Shown here: positions 30,966 through 40,623 of the stretch, one piece after another | How the letters are laid out: every line of letters begins with the position of its first letter | Position numbering within the stretch: the first letter of the stretch is position 1 | Virus record (IMG/VR): IMGVR_UViG_3300022920_000542 | Span: 1 to 61,145 of that record | DNA length: 61,145 nucleotides | Origin: a virus | Taxonomy: Duplodnaviria; Caudoviricetes | Strand: one strand, 5' to 3' | Notes under the pieces: generated by a model | Database searches by the model: none | The model's input: the letters and a program-made list of their open reading frames with translations, nothing else | Told to the model about the DNA's origin: nothing | Position numbers and translations under genes: made by a program

Positions 30966-32543
30966 TTACTTCTTGTAAAACACAAAGATAGGTTCGTACT
31001 TGTGCAACTCTCCGTTTATTTGACAACAATTTTTTATCGTTGTTCTATCTCCACGCATTGTTGCCATAAGCATTTTAAGAGTTTCAACATACTCAAGACC
31101 GTATTCGTGTAAAATATTTTTGCTATCTTCTTCAAGTGGTATATATCCACCATCGTGTGTGATGTCCGCAATATTCCACAATAAATACCTGTCGTTTCTT
31201 AAATACTGAGATGCAGTTCTTAATGTGGGACGAAGAAAGTTTTCTTTCCAATCTTCATACGATGGAAACTTCTTGAAACTCTGAGATTCATCTGCTGAAT
31301 ATTGCTCTCTATTAAAATATGGTGGACTTGTAAATACTAAATCAAATGTTCCTTTGTATTTTTCAAATTCTTTGTTTCGGTGAATGACCTCACTTCCGTC
31401 TTGAAACAAGTCGTGTGTATTGCGATGACCAAAAAACGGATTACCACCATTGGTTTTGTCGTTGAAAAAATCTGCTACATATTCGTATCTTGATTTATTG
31501 AGTTCATTTATATAGTTGTCTGTATTTGGGTCTGTTCCAACATAATGTATTTGACGATCATCTATACTCATAGCACCAAGTATTCTTCCTCCCCAACCTG
31601 CACTTGGATCATATACGGTGAGATCATTTTTGTTTTCAATGTGATCTGTATATTTTTGATAAACAAACTTTGCAGTTAGTGGTGGAAAGTTTACGGCAGG
31701 ATGTCTTCCGAGTCCAAGACGAAGTGCTTCCATTGCGGATGGAAAGATAGTTGATGTTTTGTTGTAGTAACGAACACTAAATTTATATTGAGTTTCATCA
31801 AGTGTATCAAGTTTATCAAAATCTGTATTAAAGTCTGTTGTTCGTTCTAAATTGCTGATATTGTTTTGTTCAAGCAAACCTTCTTTATGCAACTGAAGTA
31901 TTTGTTGAGCAGATAACAATAAATGATTTTCTTCATAGTCTTCAAACTTTCTTTCGGTGAAAAGTTCAATGATCCAAAAGTCATTGTTGGGATATAAATG
32001 TTTTTCTGCTATAAAGTTTCTAATCCAAGTTTCTCCATCGTTTGTTGGATATGGTACTTCATCATCATTTTTTCTTATGGTTTTTCCGTGGGCAAAAAAA
32101 GCATCTCGTCTGATGGTTCTTCTCATTGTAACATGGAAACTATCTCGTTTATCTGGATCAACAAAGTAATCGTAAATGCTTTCTGAGTGTGTACCTGTTT
32201 GTAATGCCATTTTTGTTTTAAGCATTGTTGGAAAAAACTGATCAATTACGGTTGCAAACTTGTTAAAGTTTTTAATGATTGTGTTTGTTTTGTCAAGTTC
32301 ATCGTAATGTAGAAACTTGCTAACATCATATCGTTGTAGTTTGTTAAATTGAGCAATAATGTCTTTTTCTATTTTACCACTTCTCGGTGGAATTCCACTT
32401 TTATCCCATGTAGTAACAATATAATCTCGTAAATCATCCAACCAAATTTCAAGTTCTTCTTTACTTTTTAACAACAACTGATGAAAGGTGATGTTTTGAT
32501 CCCACTCTACGAGGTTGTTTTTCTCGTAAAAATATTTCTTCAT
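30966..32543 (-). CDS. SPPY-type DNA amino-methyltransferase-like protein, paralog B
   Basis: PAVNFPPLTAK, YDPSAGWGGR, GTDPN, FTSPPYFNREQYS, WNIAD, YEPIFVF. Start MKKYF overlaps the upstream stop (ATGA). Confidence 0.88.
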   Translation of the reverse strand: MKKYFYEKNNLVEWDQNITFHQLLLKSKEELEIWLDDLRDYIVTTWDKSGIPPRSGKIEKDIIAQFNKLQRYDVSKFLHYDELDKTNTIIKNFNKFATVIDQFFPTMLKTKMALQTGTHSESIYDYFVDPDKRDSFHVTMRRTIRRDAFFAHGKTIRKNDDEVPYPTNDGETWIRNFIAEKHLYPNNDFWIIELFTERKFEDYEENHLLLSAQQILQLHKEGLLEQNNISNLERTTDFNTDFDKLDTLDETQYKFSVRYYNKTSTIFPSAMEALRLGLGRHPAVNFPPLTAKFVYQKYTDHIENKNDLTVYDPSAGWGGRILGAMSIDDRQIHYVGTDPNTDNYINELNKSRYEYVADFFNDKTNGGNPFFGHRNTHDLFQDGSEVIHRNKEFEKYKGTFDLVFTSPPYFNREQYSADESQSFKKFPSYEDWKENFLRPTLRTASQYLRNDRYLLWNIADITHDGGYIPLEEDSKNILHEYGLEYVETLKMLMATMRGDRTTIKNCCQINGELHKYEPIFVFYKK

Positions 32544-34129
32544 TTCTTGTAAAACACAAAGATAGGTTCGTACTTTTGCAACTCTCCGTTTATCTTGCAA
32601 CAATTCTTAACCGTTTCTGCTTTAACACCACGCATTGTTGTCATAAGCATTTTAAGAGTTTCTACATACTCAAGTCCGTATTCCGCAAGAATATCACGAC
32701 TATCTTTTTCTAATGGCATAAATCCGTCTCCGTCTGCGATGTCTGCGATATTCCAAAGTAGATATCTATCGTTCTTCAAATACTCGGCAGCCGTTTTCAA
32801 AGTAGGACGAAGAAAGTTGTCTCTCCAATCTGCATACTCTGGAAACTTTTTGAAACTCTGAGATTCATCTGCTGAATATTGTTCACGATTAAAATAGGGT
32901 GGACTTGTAAAAACCAAATCAAGTTTGCCTTTATATTTTTGGAAACTTGGATTATTAGAAATTTCTTCACTTCCATTTTGATAAACATCGTATGTGTTAC
33001 GATGACCAAAAAACGGATTACCTCCGTTTGTTTTATCATTAAAGAAGTCGGCAAGATATTCGTAACGACTTTTACCAAGTTCATCAATATAATTGTCGGT
33101 GTTTGGGTCAGTTCCGATATAATGAATCTGACGATCATGTACTGACATAGCACCAAGAATACGACCACCCCATCCTGCACTTGGATCATATATATGAAGA
33201 TTGCTTTTATCTTGAATGTGATCTGTGTACTTCTGATAAATGTACTTTGCAGTCAACGGAGGAAAGTTTACTGCTGGTTGACTCAAACCCAACTTAAATG
33301 CTTCCATTGCTGATGGAAAGATTCTTGAGTTTTTGTCGTAATATCTAATGCTAAAACGAAACTCTACTTCTTTGTCATCTTCTAATATAACATCATTTAT
33401 ATTTTCAATATCATCACCAAAATTTGCAGTTCTTTCTAAATTTCTGATGTTGTTGATTTCAAGCAAACCTTCTTTGTGTAATTTCTTTATTTGCTTTGCC
33501 GTAAGCATCAAACTACTTTCTTCGTATGAATCAAACTTCTTTTCGGTAAACAACTCAATAATCCAAAAGTCATTGTGTGGATGAAGATGTTTTTCTTTAA
33601 CGAAATTACGAATCCAATCTTCTGCGTTTTCAGTTGGACACGGAACGTCATAATCATTTTTCTTGATTGTTCTTCCGTGAGCATAAAACGAATCTCTTCG
33701 TACCGTTCGTCTCATACAGGTGTGGAAACTTTCTCGTTTCTCTGGATTAGCAAAGCAATCGTAAACACTCCAAGATGTATGCTTACTTGAACCTATTTTA
33801 GTTTTAAGCATTGTTGGAAAAAACTGATCAACTACGGTTGCGAACTTGTTAAAGTTTTTGACGATGGTATTTGTTCCGTCCATTTCGTCTTTGTGCTGAA
33901 ACTTATATACATTGTATCCAGACAATTTATTTAAGTTGGCAATAATACCCTTTTCGTTTTTGCCTGTTCTTGGTGGGAGGCCTTTGTTGTCCCATGTATC
34001 TACAATATAAGTTCTAAGTTCATCAATCCACTTGGTTAACTCTGTACCATTCTTCTGAAGAAGTTCGTGGAATGTAATATTAACTCTACATTCTGCAAGA
34101 TTGTTTTTTTCGTAAAAGTATTTTTTCAT
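32540..34129 (-). CDS. SPPY-type DNA amino-methyltransferase-like protein, paralog A
   Basis: Same motifs as paralog B over the full length; ATGA overlap with the PLP-enzyme stop. Confidence 0.88.
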   Translation of the reverse strand: MKKYFYEKNNLAECRVNITFHELLQKNGTELTKWIDELRTYIVDTWDNKGLPPRTGKNEKGIIANLNKLSGYNVYKFQHKDEMDGTNTIVKNFNKFATVVDQFFPTMLKTKIGSSKHTSWSVYDCFANPEKRESFHTCMRRTVRRDSFYAHGRTIKKNDYDVPCPTENAEDWIRNFVKEKHLHPHNDFWIIELFTEKKFDSYEESSLMLTAKQIKKLHKEGLLEINNIRNLERTANFGDDIENINDVILEDDKEVEFRFSIRYYDKNSRIFPSAMEAFKLGLSQPAVNFPPLTAKYIYQKYTDHIQDKSNLHIYDPSAGWGGRILGAMSVHDRQIHYIGTDPNTDNYIDELGKSRYEYLADFFNDKTNGGNPFFGHRNTYDVYQNGSEEISNNPSFQKYKGKLDLVFTSPPYFNREQYSADESQSFKKFPEYADWRDNFLRPTLKTAAEYLKNDRYLLWNIADIADGDGFMPLEKDSRDILAEYGLEYVETLKMLMTTMRGVKAETVKNCCKINGELQKYEPIFVFYKK

Positions 34130-35055
34130 TGTCTCCAAAAGTGCGATGCACAAGCACCACCTAGATTATAGAATAGTACATCTCCTTCCAATTTGCAACC
34201 ATTTTCTTTTAACCAATCCCATGCTTTTTTGTCCCAATTACCATTACAAGGAAACGGTGTATATACTTGATCCAGATCATCTGCAAACTCATGTGGGGTT
34301 TCGTGGATTTCGGTTACGTGGTTATGCTTTCCGTTTTTTGTATAGAATACACCCCACGATGTTAACTTAGTTTCAATGGAAGACTCTGATGCAGTTGTTA
34401 TGAGATGTGCTTTCTTTATGTCACTCTGATGTAATTGAAAATGTCTTTCTCCGAAAAAACCCTGAAGTAGTCCTGATGGTGTTACTCCACTACCTGCATT
34501 TACAACAAGGTGTTTAATGTTTTTGTCTGAGTTCTCTTCAAGTAGAGTTTGCATTCGTGTTTTGAAATAACCTACATAATCTGGATGATCAAACGCATAT
34601 GGCATCATTTGATATCCGTTTTTGTTTGCAAGAATATTAACCGAACTTGTTACTATACTAAGAATGTTTGGTTTCATTGGGACCAACTCTGCCCCAAGAC
34701 TTTCTATTTTTTCAAGTGCTTTTTTGGGATAGTCTTTCGTATTAGGGTATGCAATCTTAATATCAAATCCAAGTTCACGACCCATATATGCCAATGCCCA
34801 ACCACTATAACTTACAGCAACTGACAGATGGATTATAGGTTTGTTTCTTGTAAGTTTTTCAACCGAGTATGTCTGATTCTTGTTATTGTCATCAGTAAAT
34901 GCCCCATCACTTTCAAGGACTCTACGAATGCCTTCTAACTTTGCCCACGGTGGTAAATCTAAATTTCCGTTTAGCAAATCGTCACGTTTTACGTAAACTT
35001 TTTTTTCTCCACATAAATGTTCTTCGAGTGGAGTATCAAAATTAAAGGAGAGCAT
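34126..35055 (-). CDS. PLP-dependent enzyme, fold type II (ACC deaminase/D-cysteine desulfhydrase/TrpB-like)
   Basis: VYVKRDDL...WAKL (PLP lysine region), SYSGWALA, VVNAGSGVT phosphate loop, WDKKAW, LFYNLGG. Confidence 0.82.
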   Translation of the reverse strand: MLSFNFDTPLEEHLCGEKKVYVKRDDLLNGNLDLPPWAKLEGIRRVLESDGAFTDDNNKNQTYSVEKLTRNKPIIHLSVAVSYSGWALAYMGRELGFDIKIAYPNTKDYPKKALEKIESLGAELVPMKPNILSIVTSSVNILANKNGYQMMPYAFDHPDYVGYFKTRMQTLLEENSDKNIKHLVVNAGSGVTPSGLLQGFFGERHFQLHQSDIKKAHLITTASESSIETKLTSWGVFYTKNGKHNHVTEIHETPHEFADDLDQVYTPFPCNGNWDKKAWDWLKENGCKLEGDVLFYNLGGACASHFWRQ

Positions 35056-36247
35056 CTAAGTGTTTTTGTTCACATTCAATATCCATTATTACATGGAAAC
35101 GATAATTCTCTGAGTTGTTTACAACCCAATGAGGTTTTCTTTTATCCATATAATAATATTCTCCCGTTTTCAAACGGAAGTCTTCTGTTTCACCATCAAG
35201 TCCTACTTGAGTGAATATACATTCTTCGTCAACTTGAATGGGAAAGTGAATTCTTAATGAACGACCAAGTTTTGGTCCATTCTTTGTTTGGTAATTCCAA
35301 CTATCGTGACCAATATCGGTATGTCTTTGAATCACTCCGTTTTTTGGTTCTACTCTAGTAATAACCAACCAAGTACACTTTTCAACTGATGTAATTTCAT
35401 TTACAACCTTTGCAAGTTTAGGAATTTTTTCAAGAATGGTATAATCAATTTTACTATTTGGATTAATCGGAACAACTTCAACTGTGTACCAAGTTTTTTC
35501 GGGTCCTCCATAGTTTCCATTGATTCCATCGTAACTCCAAGGATTAACTGCTTCTTTGTAATCTTTAATTTCTTGAACAAGTTCTGCACATTCTTTTTTG
35601 TTGATAGAATTTATCTTCATTTTCTGGATTTTGATGTCTTCATACTTTGAAACACCGGGTTGTTTCAACTCACCACTATACCAAATACCACGAACCTCAG
35701 AACCAACCGCAGTTACTTTACTGCTTAACCAAGTTGCTTTTATTGCTTTGCAAAAATCTTTATCTTGTTTCAGTTCCATATTAACATCTGTTAAAAACAA
35801 ATCGCACTTGGTATCAAACAAATCATTTTCTAATGTTCGTTTACTTTCAATATCTGCTATTAAGTCTTCTAGGTGTCCATCAACATAAGCAAATCTTGTT
35901 ATCTGTAAATCACCGGTCTTGATTGTTCCTACTACATCTTCTGCTACATCTTTTATTCCACGATTAGATTTACATTCTGAACAAATATATGCCCACAAAA
36001 GTTTGCCATAAAATGTTTTATGAAAGAATCTACCTTTTTGATCTGCTTCATATAAATTCTTCCAGTTTATTTTTTTGAATGGATCAAGGTTTGGTTCTTT
36101 GCAGGCAATGGGTTGATTTTTCCATTGTGGTGGAACATCATACTCTTGGAAGAATTTTGCGTACTCTTTATACTTGTCTTTTATTTCATCTGAAATTTCG
36201 TCTTTGACTTTTACTTTTTTTGTTTTCTTTTCTTTTACTGAAACCAT
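35042..36247 (-). CDS. 2OG-Fe(II) oxygenase (Asp/Asn beta-hydroxylase-like) with an N-terminal domain, possibly degenerate GNAT
   Basis: C-terminal IQRHTD...RIHFPI...[15 protein letters not shown]...RFHVIMD (HxD...H triad plus 2OG-binding R). Confidence 0.8.
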   Translation of the reverse strand: MVSVKEKKTKKVKVKDEISDEIKDKYKEYAKFFQEYDVPPQWKNQPIACKEPNLDPFKKINWKNLYEADQKGRFFHKTFYGKLLWAYICSECKSNRGIKDVAEDVVGTIKTGDLQITRFAYVDGHLEDLIADIESKRTLENDLFDTKCDLFLTDVNMELKQDKDFCKAIKATWLSSKVTAVGSEVRGIWYSGELKQPGVSKYEDIKIQKMKINSINKKECAELVQEIKDYKEAVNPWSYDGINGNYGGPEKTWYTVEVVPINPNSKIDYTILEKIPKLAKVVNEITSVEKCTWLVITRVEPKNGVIQRHTDIGHDSWNYQTKNGPKLGRSLRIHFPIQVDEECIFTQVGLDGETEDFRLKTGEYYYMDKRKPHWVVNNSENYRFHVIMDIECEQKHLDALL

Positions 36248-37044
36248 TTGTTTTCTTGCCTTTCTAAAATTGCATTATTCACTTTATTTTCTAAACAATT
36301 CTCTATAATTTTTTTTAAGTTTTCGTGATCGTTTTTTTCCCCAAGGAAATCCCACGATGTGTGGTTGTAATAAAATGCTTTGTTTGTTTGTAGTAATTCT
36401 TCACGTAAATCTGTTCCTAGTGTATCTATATGTGCGGTTTTTATATTACCACTGTTTATTAAGGATAGCAAGGCTGTATTATCGTGGCAATCTGATCTAG
36501 ATATTGATACAAAGTTTATGTTTCTGCAATTTTCAAATAATTTTTCATTGAACATATTTTTCGTGGAATCATTTAATGATACCGTTGCAATAACATTCTT
36601 TATATTAGATGATGACATAATCTGTTGAATTGTTTCTTCATCTGTTTTTGAATCAACAACCGAAATAAAATGTTCAACGATACCTTGAACTTTTTTAGAA
36701 ATGACACCATTACCAAATATAACACAATCACCGTCTACAAGTTTATCTTTGATCCAATAAGCACATCCGTTTGTATTCGGACTAGTTGCAACTACACCTA
36801 TATTATGCTTTTTGCACAACTTTAAGTTTACTGAATCTACTCCATGACCACGGTGAACCACCCACTCAAGGTTTGGATACCGATCAAGTGTAGTTTTTCC
36901 TACTTTACTGAACTTAGTTGAGATAACCTTAATTTCATTTGAAGGAATTCCGTCTGCTTTTTGCATTGCACCAAGAATATGGGCATCGGGAATAAACTTC
37001 TCTATATCAGCAAGATCGGATTTATCTTTTATTAAGGTATTCAT
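36235..37044 (-). CDS. D-2-hydroxyacid dehydrogenase-like protein (shortened, divergent)
   Basis: [20 protein letters not shown]...[34 protein letters not shown]. Confidence 0.72.
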   Translation of the reverse strand: MNTLIKDKSDLADIEKFIPDAHILGAMQKADGIPSNEIKVISTKFSKVGKTTLDRYPNLEWVVHRGHGVDSVNLKLCKKHNIGVVATSPNTNGCAYWIKDKLVDGDCVIFGNGVISKKVQGIVEHFISVVDSKTDEETIQQIMSSSNIKNVIATVSLNDSTKNMFNEKLFENCRNINFVSISRSDCHDNTALLSLINSGNIKTAHIDTLGTDLREELLQTNKAFYYNHTSWDFLGEKNDHENLKKIIENCLENKVNNAILERQENKWFQ

Positions 37045-37055
37045 TTTTATACTCT

Positions 37056-37084
37056 ATACTAAACGAATACTCATCAAATATCAA
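37056..37084 (-). promoter_or_regulatory. sigma70-like internal promoter
   Basis: TTGATA-17 nt-TAGTAT, 11 nt before the ATG at 37044. Confidence 0.55.
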
Positions 37085-37098
37085 GTATATAATATAAT

Positions 37099-38745
37099 TT
37101 ATGCCAACTCGGTAACTTTGATTCTCGCAGATACATGACCAAGATTTCTATTTAGATATTCTGTTGGAACTTTGTTTTCAATGAACAACTCGTTAAAGTA
37201 TTGATCAATAGTATCTTGTTCTTTTTTAAGATAATCTGTATGGCATCCTTGTTGAAATGTTTTTTTGGGTCTCCAGAGCAACTCATCTGAAATTTCTCCT
37301 TCAAATGCTTTTCGCAAAACATATTTCATTATGTTTCCTTTGCCATCTGCTTCATCTCTGTATCTGGTTGGAATTCTTAAACCAAAATCAATAACTTCTT
37401 TATTAAGAAACGGAGTTCTTAGTTCTACCTTACCACCATACATCATTGCTTTGTTGGTTCTAATAAGATTATTTTTGTGAAGATTGTTTATGAGGTTAAC
37501 TCGTTTTTGATGCCAAGCAAGTGGATCGGGCCAACAAAATCTTTTGACATCTCCATAACTAGCAAATATTTCATCTGCTCCTTCTCCACCAAATACGACT
37601 TTATATCCTTTGTCTCGGATTTCCCAAGATAGAAATAATTGAGCAACTGCGGGTGATACTTGTGTCCATTTGTGAGTTTCTGATGCCCATATACTTTCTT
37701 TTAGATTATTCTGAATATCTTCCTTACTTACATTAACTTCGTGCAACCTAACACCCAATTCCTTTGATGCAATTTTAGCATAATACAAATCATCTTTCAA
37801 AGTTTGCTTACGATTAGATGTTACATTTACAACAAATGCTTCAATGTTTGGATTTTTCTTTTTAAGTAAATAAGTAATAATAGTGCTATCTATACCACCA
37901 CTCAAAATTGTACAAATCGGAGTATCACTTATTAGTTCATCATCAACTGCTTGTTCCAACCGTTTTCTAAACTCGGATGCATAGTAATCAATTCCTTTAT
38001 CTTCCTTTTCAAATAATTTTAAGTCTGTTTCTGATCGTGTGTATAAAGTTGGATTCTCTGGATTAAACTCTGGTTTGAAATCGTTCCATCGTTTAATTTC
38101 ACAATTTGTTACTCCAATTAAATTTTCGGAAACCGTTACAATTGTTCCAGGTTCTACTATTTTTATTTTTTCCACTTCACCTTTTGGTGCTTTGCGATTT
38201 CTATCAACATTGAAAAATTTAAGATTTGGTTTTGCTGATTGTAGTCCTTTAACTTCACTTGAAAAAACAATCTTTTCATTTTCAAATGAATAGTACAATG
38301 GAAGTCTTCCGATAAAGTCTCTTCCTAGTGTTAACTGATTTCGTTCTACATCATAAAAAGCAAAACAAAACATTCCATCAAGATTTTTCATTGCTTCTAA
38401 AATATTATCACGATTATCTATCAAGTAATAAAGCAACAACTCTGAATCACTTCGTTCAGTCTTAAAATTATATTTCTTTCTAAGTTTGTTATTAAACTTT
38501 CTAAAAAATGGTTTCCACATTTCTCCGTTGAATGCCAGCACAAACTTTTCATTCTCTGAAATAAGTGGTTGATTTGCTGACTCTGATAAATCTTGTATAG
38601 ATAAACGATTATGACTCATATAAAAATCATTCTTCTCAAAATGAAATATAACATTACCATCTGTTCCACGATGCATAATTGAAGCAAGACCATTCTTGAC
38701 TTCTTGTATATCGTTAAAATTATTTCCGCCTAATATACCGCACAT
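37099..38745 (-). CDS. asnB: asparagine synthetase B-like glutamine amidotransferase
   Basis: Ntn start MCGI, HRG.D, HNRLSI.D, ANQP, FNGE, RD.IG..PLYY, LSGGIDS, GEGADEIF..Y, ELRTPFL, KYVLR.AF, RPK. Confidence 0.92.
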   Translation of the reverse strand: MCGILGGNNFNDIQEVKNGLASIMHRGTDGNVIFHFEKNDFYMSHNRLSIQDLSESANQPLISENEKFVLAFNGEMWKPFFRKFNNKLRKKYNFKTERSDSELLLYYLIDNRDNILEAMKNLDGMFCFAFYDVERNQLTLGRDFIGRLPLYYSFENEKIVFSSEVKGLQSAKPNLKFFNVDRNRKAPKGEVEKIKIVEPGTIVTVSENLIGVTNCEIKRWNDFKPEFNPENPTLYTRSETDLKLFEKEDKGIDYYASEFRKRLEQAVDDELISDTPICTILSGGIDSTIITYLLKKKNPNIEAFVVNVTSNRKQTLKDDLYYAKIASKELGVRLHEVNVSKEDIQNNLKESIWASETHKWTQVSPAVAQLFLSWEIRDKGYKVVFGGEGADEIFASYGDVKRFCWPDPLAWHQKRVNLINNLHKNNLIRTNKAMMYGGKVELRTPFLNKEVIDFGLRIPTRYRDEADGKGNIMKYVLRKAFEGEISDELLWRPKKTFQQGCHTDYLKKEQDTIDQYFNELFIENKVPTEYLNRNLGHVSARIKVTELA

Positions 38746-38755
38746 TATAGGATAT

Positions 38756-38784
38756 ATTATAGTGTAATTATTGTTTTAGGTCAA
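38756..38784 (-). promoter_or_regulatory. consensus sigma70 promoter heading the asnB-like gene run
   Basis: TTGACC-17 nt-TATAAT, 10 nt before the ATG. Confidence 0.78.
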
Positions 38785-39690
38785 TTACTTTCCTGCAACT
38801 ATTTTAGCAATATAATCTTCCAACTTTATTTTTGCTTCCCATCCAAGGTGCTGATAGGTTAATGATGGAATTGCTTTTCCATAAAATCGTTCACCACGAC
38901 GTTCTGGAATCATAATGTGTTTGTGATTAAACATTTTTGCTACATCAATGATTTTATGTGGAACTCCTGTACCAAGAGGATATTCACCTTGTTGTCCTTT
39001 TTCGGCAGCCAACACCACACCACTTACGATGTCGTTGATGTGAGTAAAATCTCTTGATTGTTTACCTGGTTCTACGACTGTAAGTGGTTCTCCGTTTGCA
39101 TATTGTTCTTCAAAGATTCCCAGTACGGTTGCATAATCACCTGTTCTAACTTGTCCGGGTCCGTAAGCATTATAGAAATATGTAATTTCAAATTTAAGAT
39201 CAAACCAATCTGCATAATTGTTGATAAGTTCAACCATTTTTGCTTTCATCCAAGCATACGGAGAAAGATTTTCGTCTTTGCCATCGTTTCCGAATTTACT
39301 TGAACTTGCTGAGTAAATTAACTTTGCCTTTTTTGATATACAATAATCAAGAACCATTTTTGTTCCTTGCATATTGTAGTCCCAACAATTGTCAAATCCA
39401 TCAAAACTTGTTACTATTCTTGAAAACTCACCGAAATGAAAAACAACCTCGGGTTCAAATACATCAGCAATATCCGACTTTGTGTTACTCGCATCAAAAT
39501 TTTTCGGAATCAAGTTCTGAGTATCCTTAACTATATATGTCACCTGTTTGCTTTTGATATGATTGCTTTTGCAACCACTACTATAATTGTCAATAGACAC
39601 AATTTCTATATTCTTATACTTGCGTATAAGTTTGCGTATAAGTGCAGTTCCAACGAATCCTGCACCTCCTGTTATTAATACCTTGTTCAT
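38785..39690 (-). CDS. NAD-dependent nucleotide-sugar epimerase/dehydratase (extended SDR)
   Basis: ITGGAGFVG, YSASSS, SPYAWMK (YxxxK), FYNAYGP, QSRDFTHI.D. Confidence 0.92.
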   Translation of the reverse strand: MNKVLITGGAGFVGTALIRKLIRKYKNIEIVSIDNYSSGCKSNHIKSKQVTYIVKDTQNLIPKNFDASNTKSDIADVFEPEVVFHFGEFSRIVTSFDGFDNCWDYNMQGTKMVLDYCISKKAKLIYSASSSKFGNDGKDENLSPYAWMKAKMVELINNYADWFDLKFEITYFYNAYGPGQVRTGDYATVLGIFEEQYANGEPLTVVEPGKQSRDFTHINDIVSGVVLAAEKGQQGEYPLGTGVPHKIIDVAKMFNHKHIMIPERRGERFYGKAIPSLTYQHLGWEAKIKLEDYIAKIVAGK

Positions 39691-39706
39691 GTTTATATAT
39701 ATGGAC

Positions 39707-40114
39707 TTACTTCTTTTCTTTCAACCCAGTCAAATCAGATGAACTTCTTATTTTGTCGCCGAGACCATCAATCATTTCAATGTTGTGTTTCTTACACACA
39801 ACACTTTCAGGAACTTCACCTGTGCTTCTGTCTCCACCATTTGCGAAGATGTCGGGTTTAATTGCATCAAGGGAAGCACATACACTTTTGTCTTGATCAA
39901 TGCTGAGAAACACTTCATCAACAATTTTAAGTGCTTCTACGATTTTTACTCTATCTGCGTCATCCATGAATGGTTTGCCTTTTTTAAGAACACATTGATG
40001 ATTGTTGTTTACAATAACAACAAGACGATCACCGAGTTGTTTTGCCATTTCTAAATACTCCAGATGTCCTACATGAATAGGATCAAAATATCCACTAACT
40101 GCTACTGTTTTCAT
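39707..40114 (-). CDS. cytidylyl/adenylyltransferase (RfaE-II/TagD-like)
   Basis: AVSGYFDPIHVGH, IVNN, FANGGDR, KIRSSS. Start at MKTVA. Confidence 0.88.
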   Translation of the reverse strand: MKTVAVSGYFDPIHVGHLEYLEMAKQLGDRLVVIVNNNHQCVLKKGKPFMDDADRVKIVEALKIVDEVFLSIDQDKSVCASLDAIKPDIFANGGDRSTGEVPESVVCKKHNIEMIDGLGDKIRSSSDLTGLKEKK

Positions 40115-40118
40115 AATG

Positions 40119-40490
40119 TTACTGCGATTTGTGTTTTTCCGGACGATCATAATCGTCTTGAACACGAACAATATCGTCTTCACCAAAATAAGTTCCTGTT
40201 TGAACTTCCACTAAAATCATATCTTCTGACTCACTTGGATTTGCCATACGATGTTTTGCTCCAAGTGGAATCAATACAGTTTCACCTGCTTTGTAATCTT
40301 CCGTAACATCATCTAAAGTTATTCGTGCAACACCACTAACAACTGTCCATGCTTCTTGTCGTTTGTGATGATACTGATAACTAAGTCTTTGTCCTGGTTT
40401 CACAAAGATACGTTTAACTTTGCAGTAATCTGCGTCTAAGAGAATTTCATAATTTCCCCAAGGTCTAATGCTTTCGTCTGTTTCACTCAT
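40119..40490 (-). CDS. cupin, mannose-6-phosphate isomerase type II C-terminal-like
   Basis: RPWG.Y, KVKRI.V.PGQRLS.QYH..R.E.W, HR..NP, EVQTG.YFGEDDIVR..DDY.R. Confidence 0.9.
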   Translation of the reverse strand: MSETDESIRPWGNYEILLDADYCKVKRIFVKPGQRLSYQYHHKRQEAWTVVSGVARITLDDVTEDYKAGETVLIPLGAKHRMANPSESEDMILVEVQTGTYFGEDDIVRVQDDYDRPEKHKSQ

Positions 40491-40494
40491 AATT

Positions 40495-40623
40495 TTATCC
40501 CCACCTATCTGCTAAATCCTGTGTAGATATTTGATTGTTGTTTTTATTTTGTTTAATAATTTTTAATTTATTCGGTAAAATTATTGTACTATTTTTTATG
40601 ATTTTAGTAAAGTTAATTTTCAT
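40495..40623 (-). CDS. 42 aa hypothetical protein
   Basis: MKINFTKIIKNSTIILPNKLKIIKQNKNNNQISTQDLADRWG; ATGA overlap with the DHH gene; fills the gap. Not in the ORF track. Confidence 0.35.
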   Translation of the reverse strand: MKINFTKIIKNSTIILPNKLKIIKQNKNNNQISTQDLADRWG

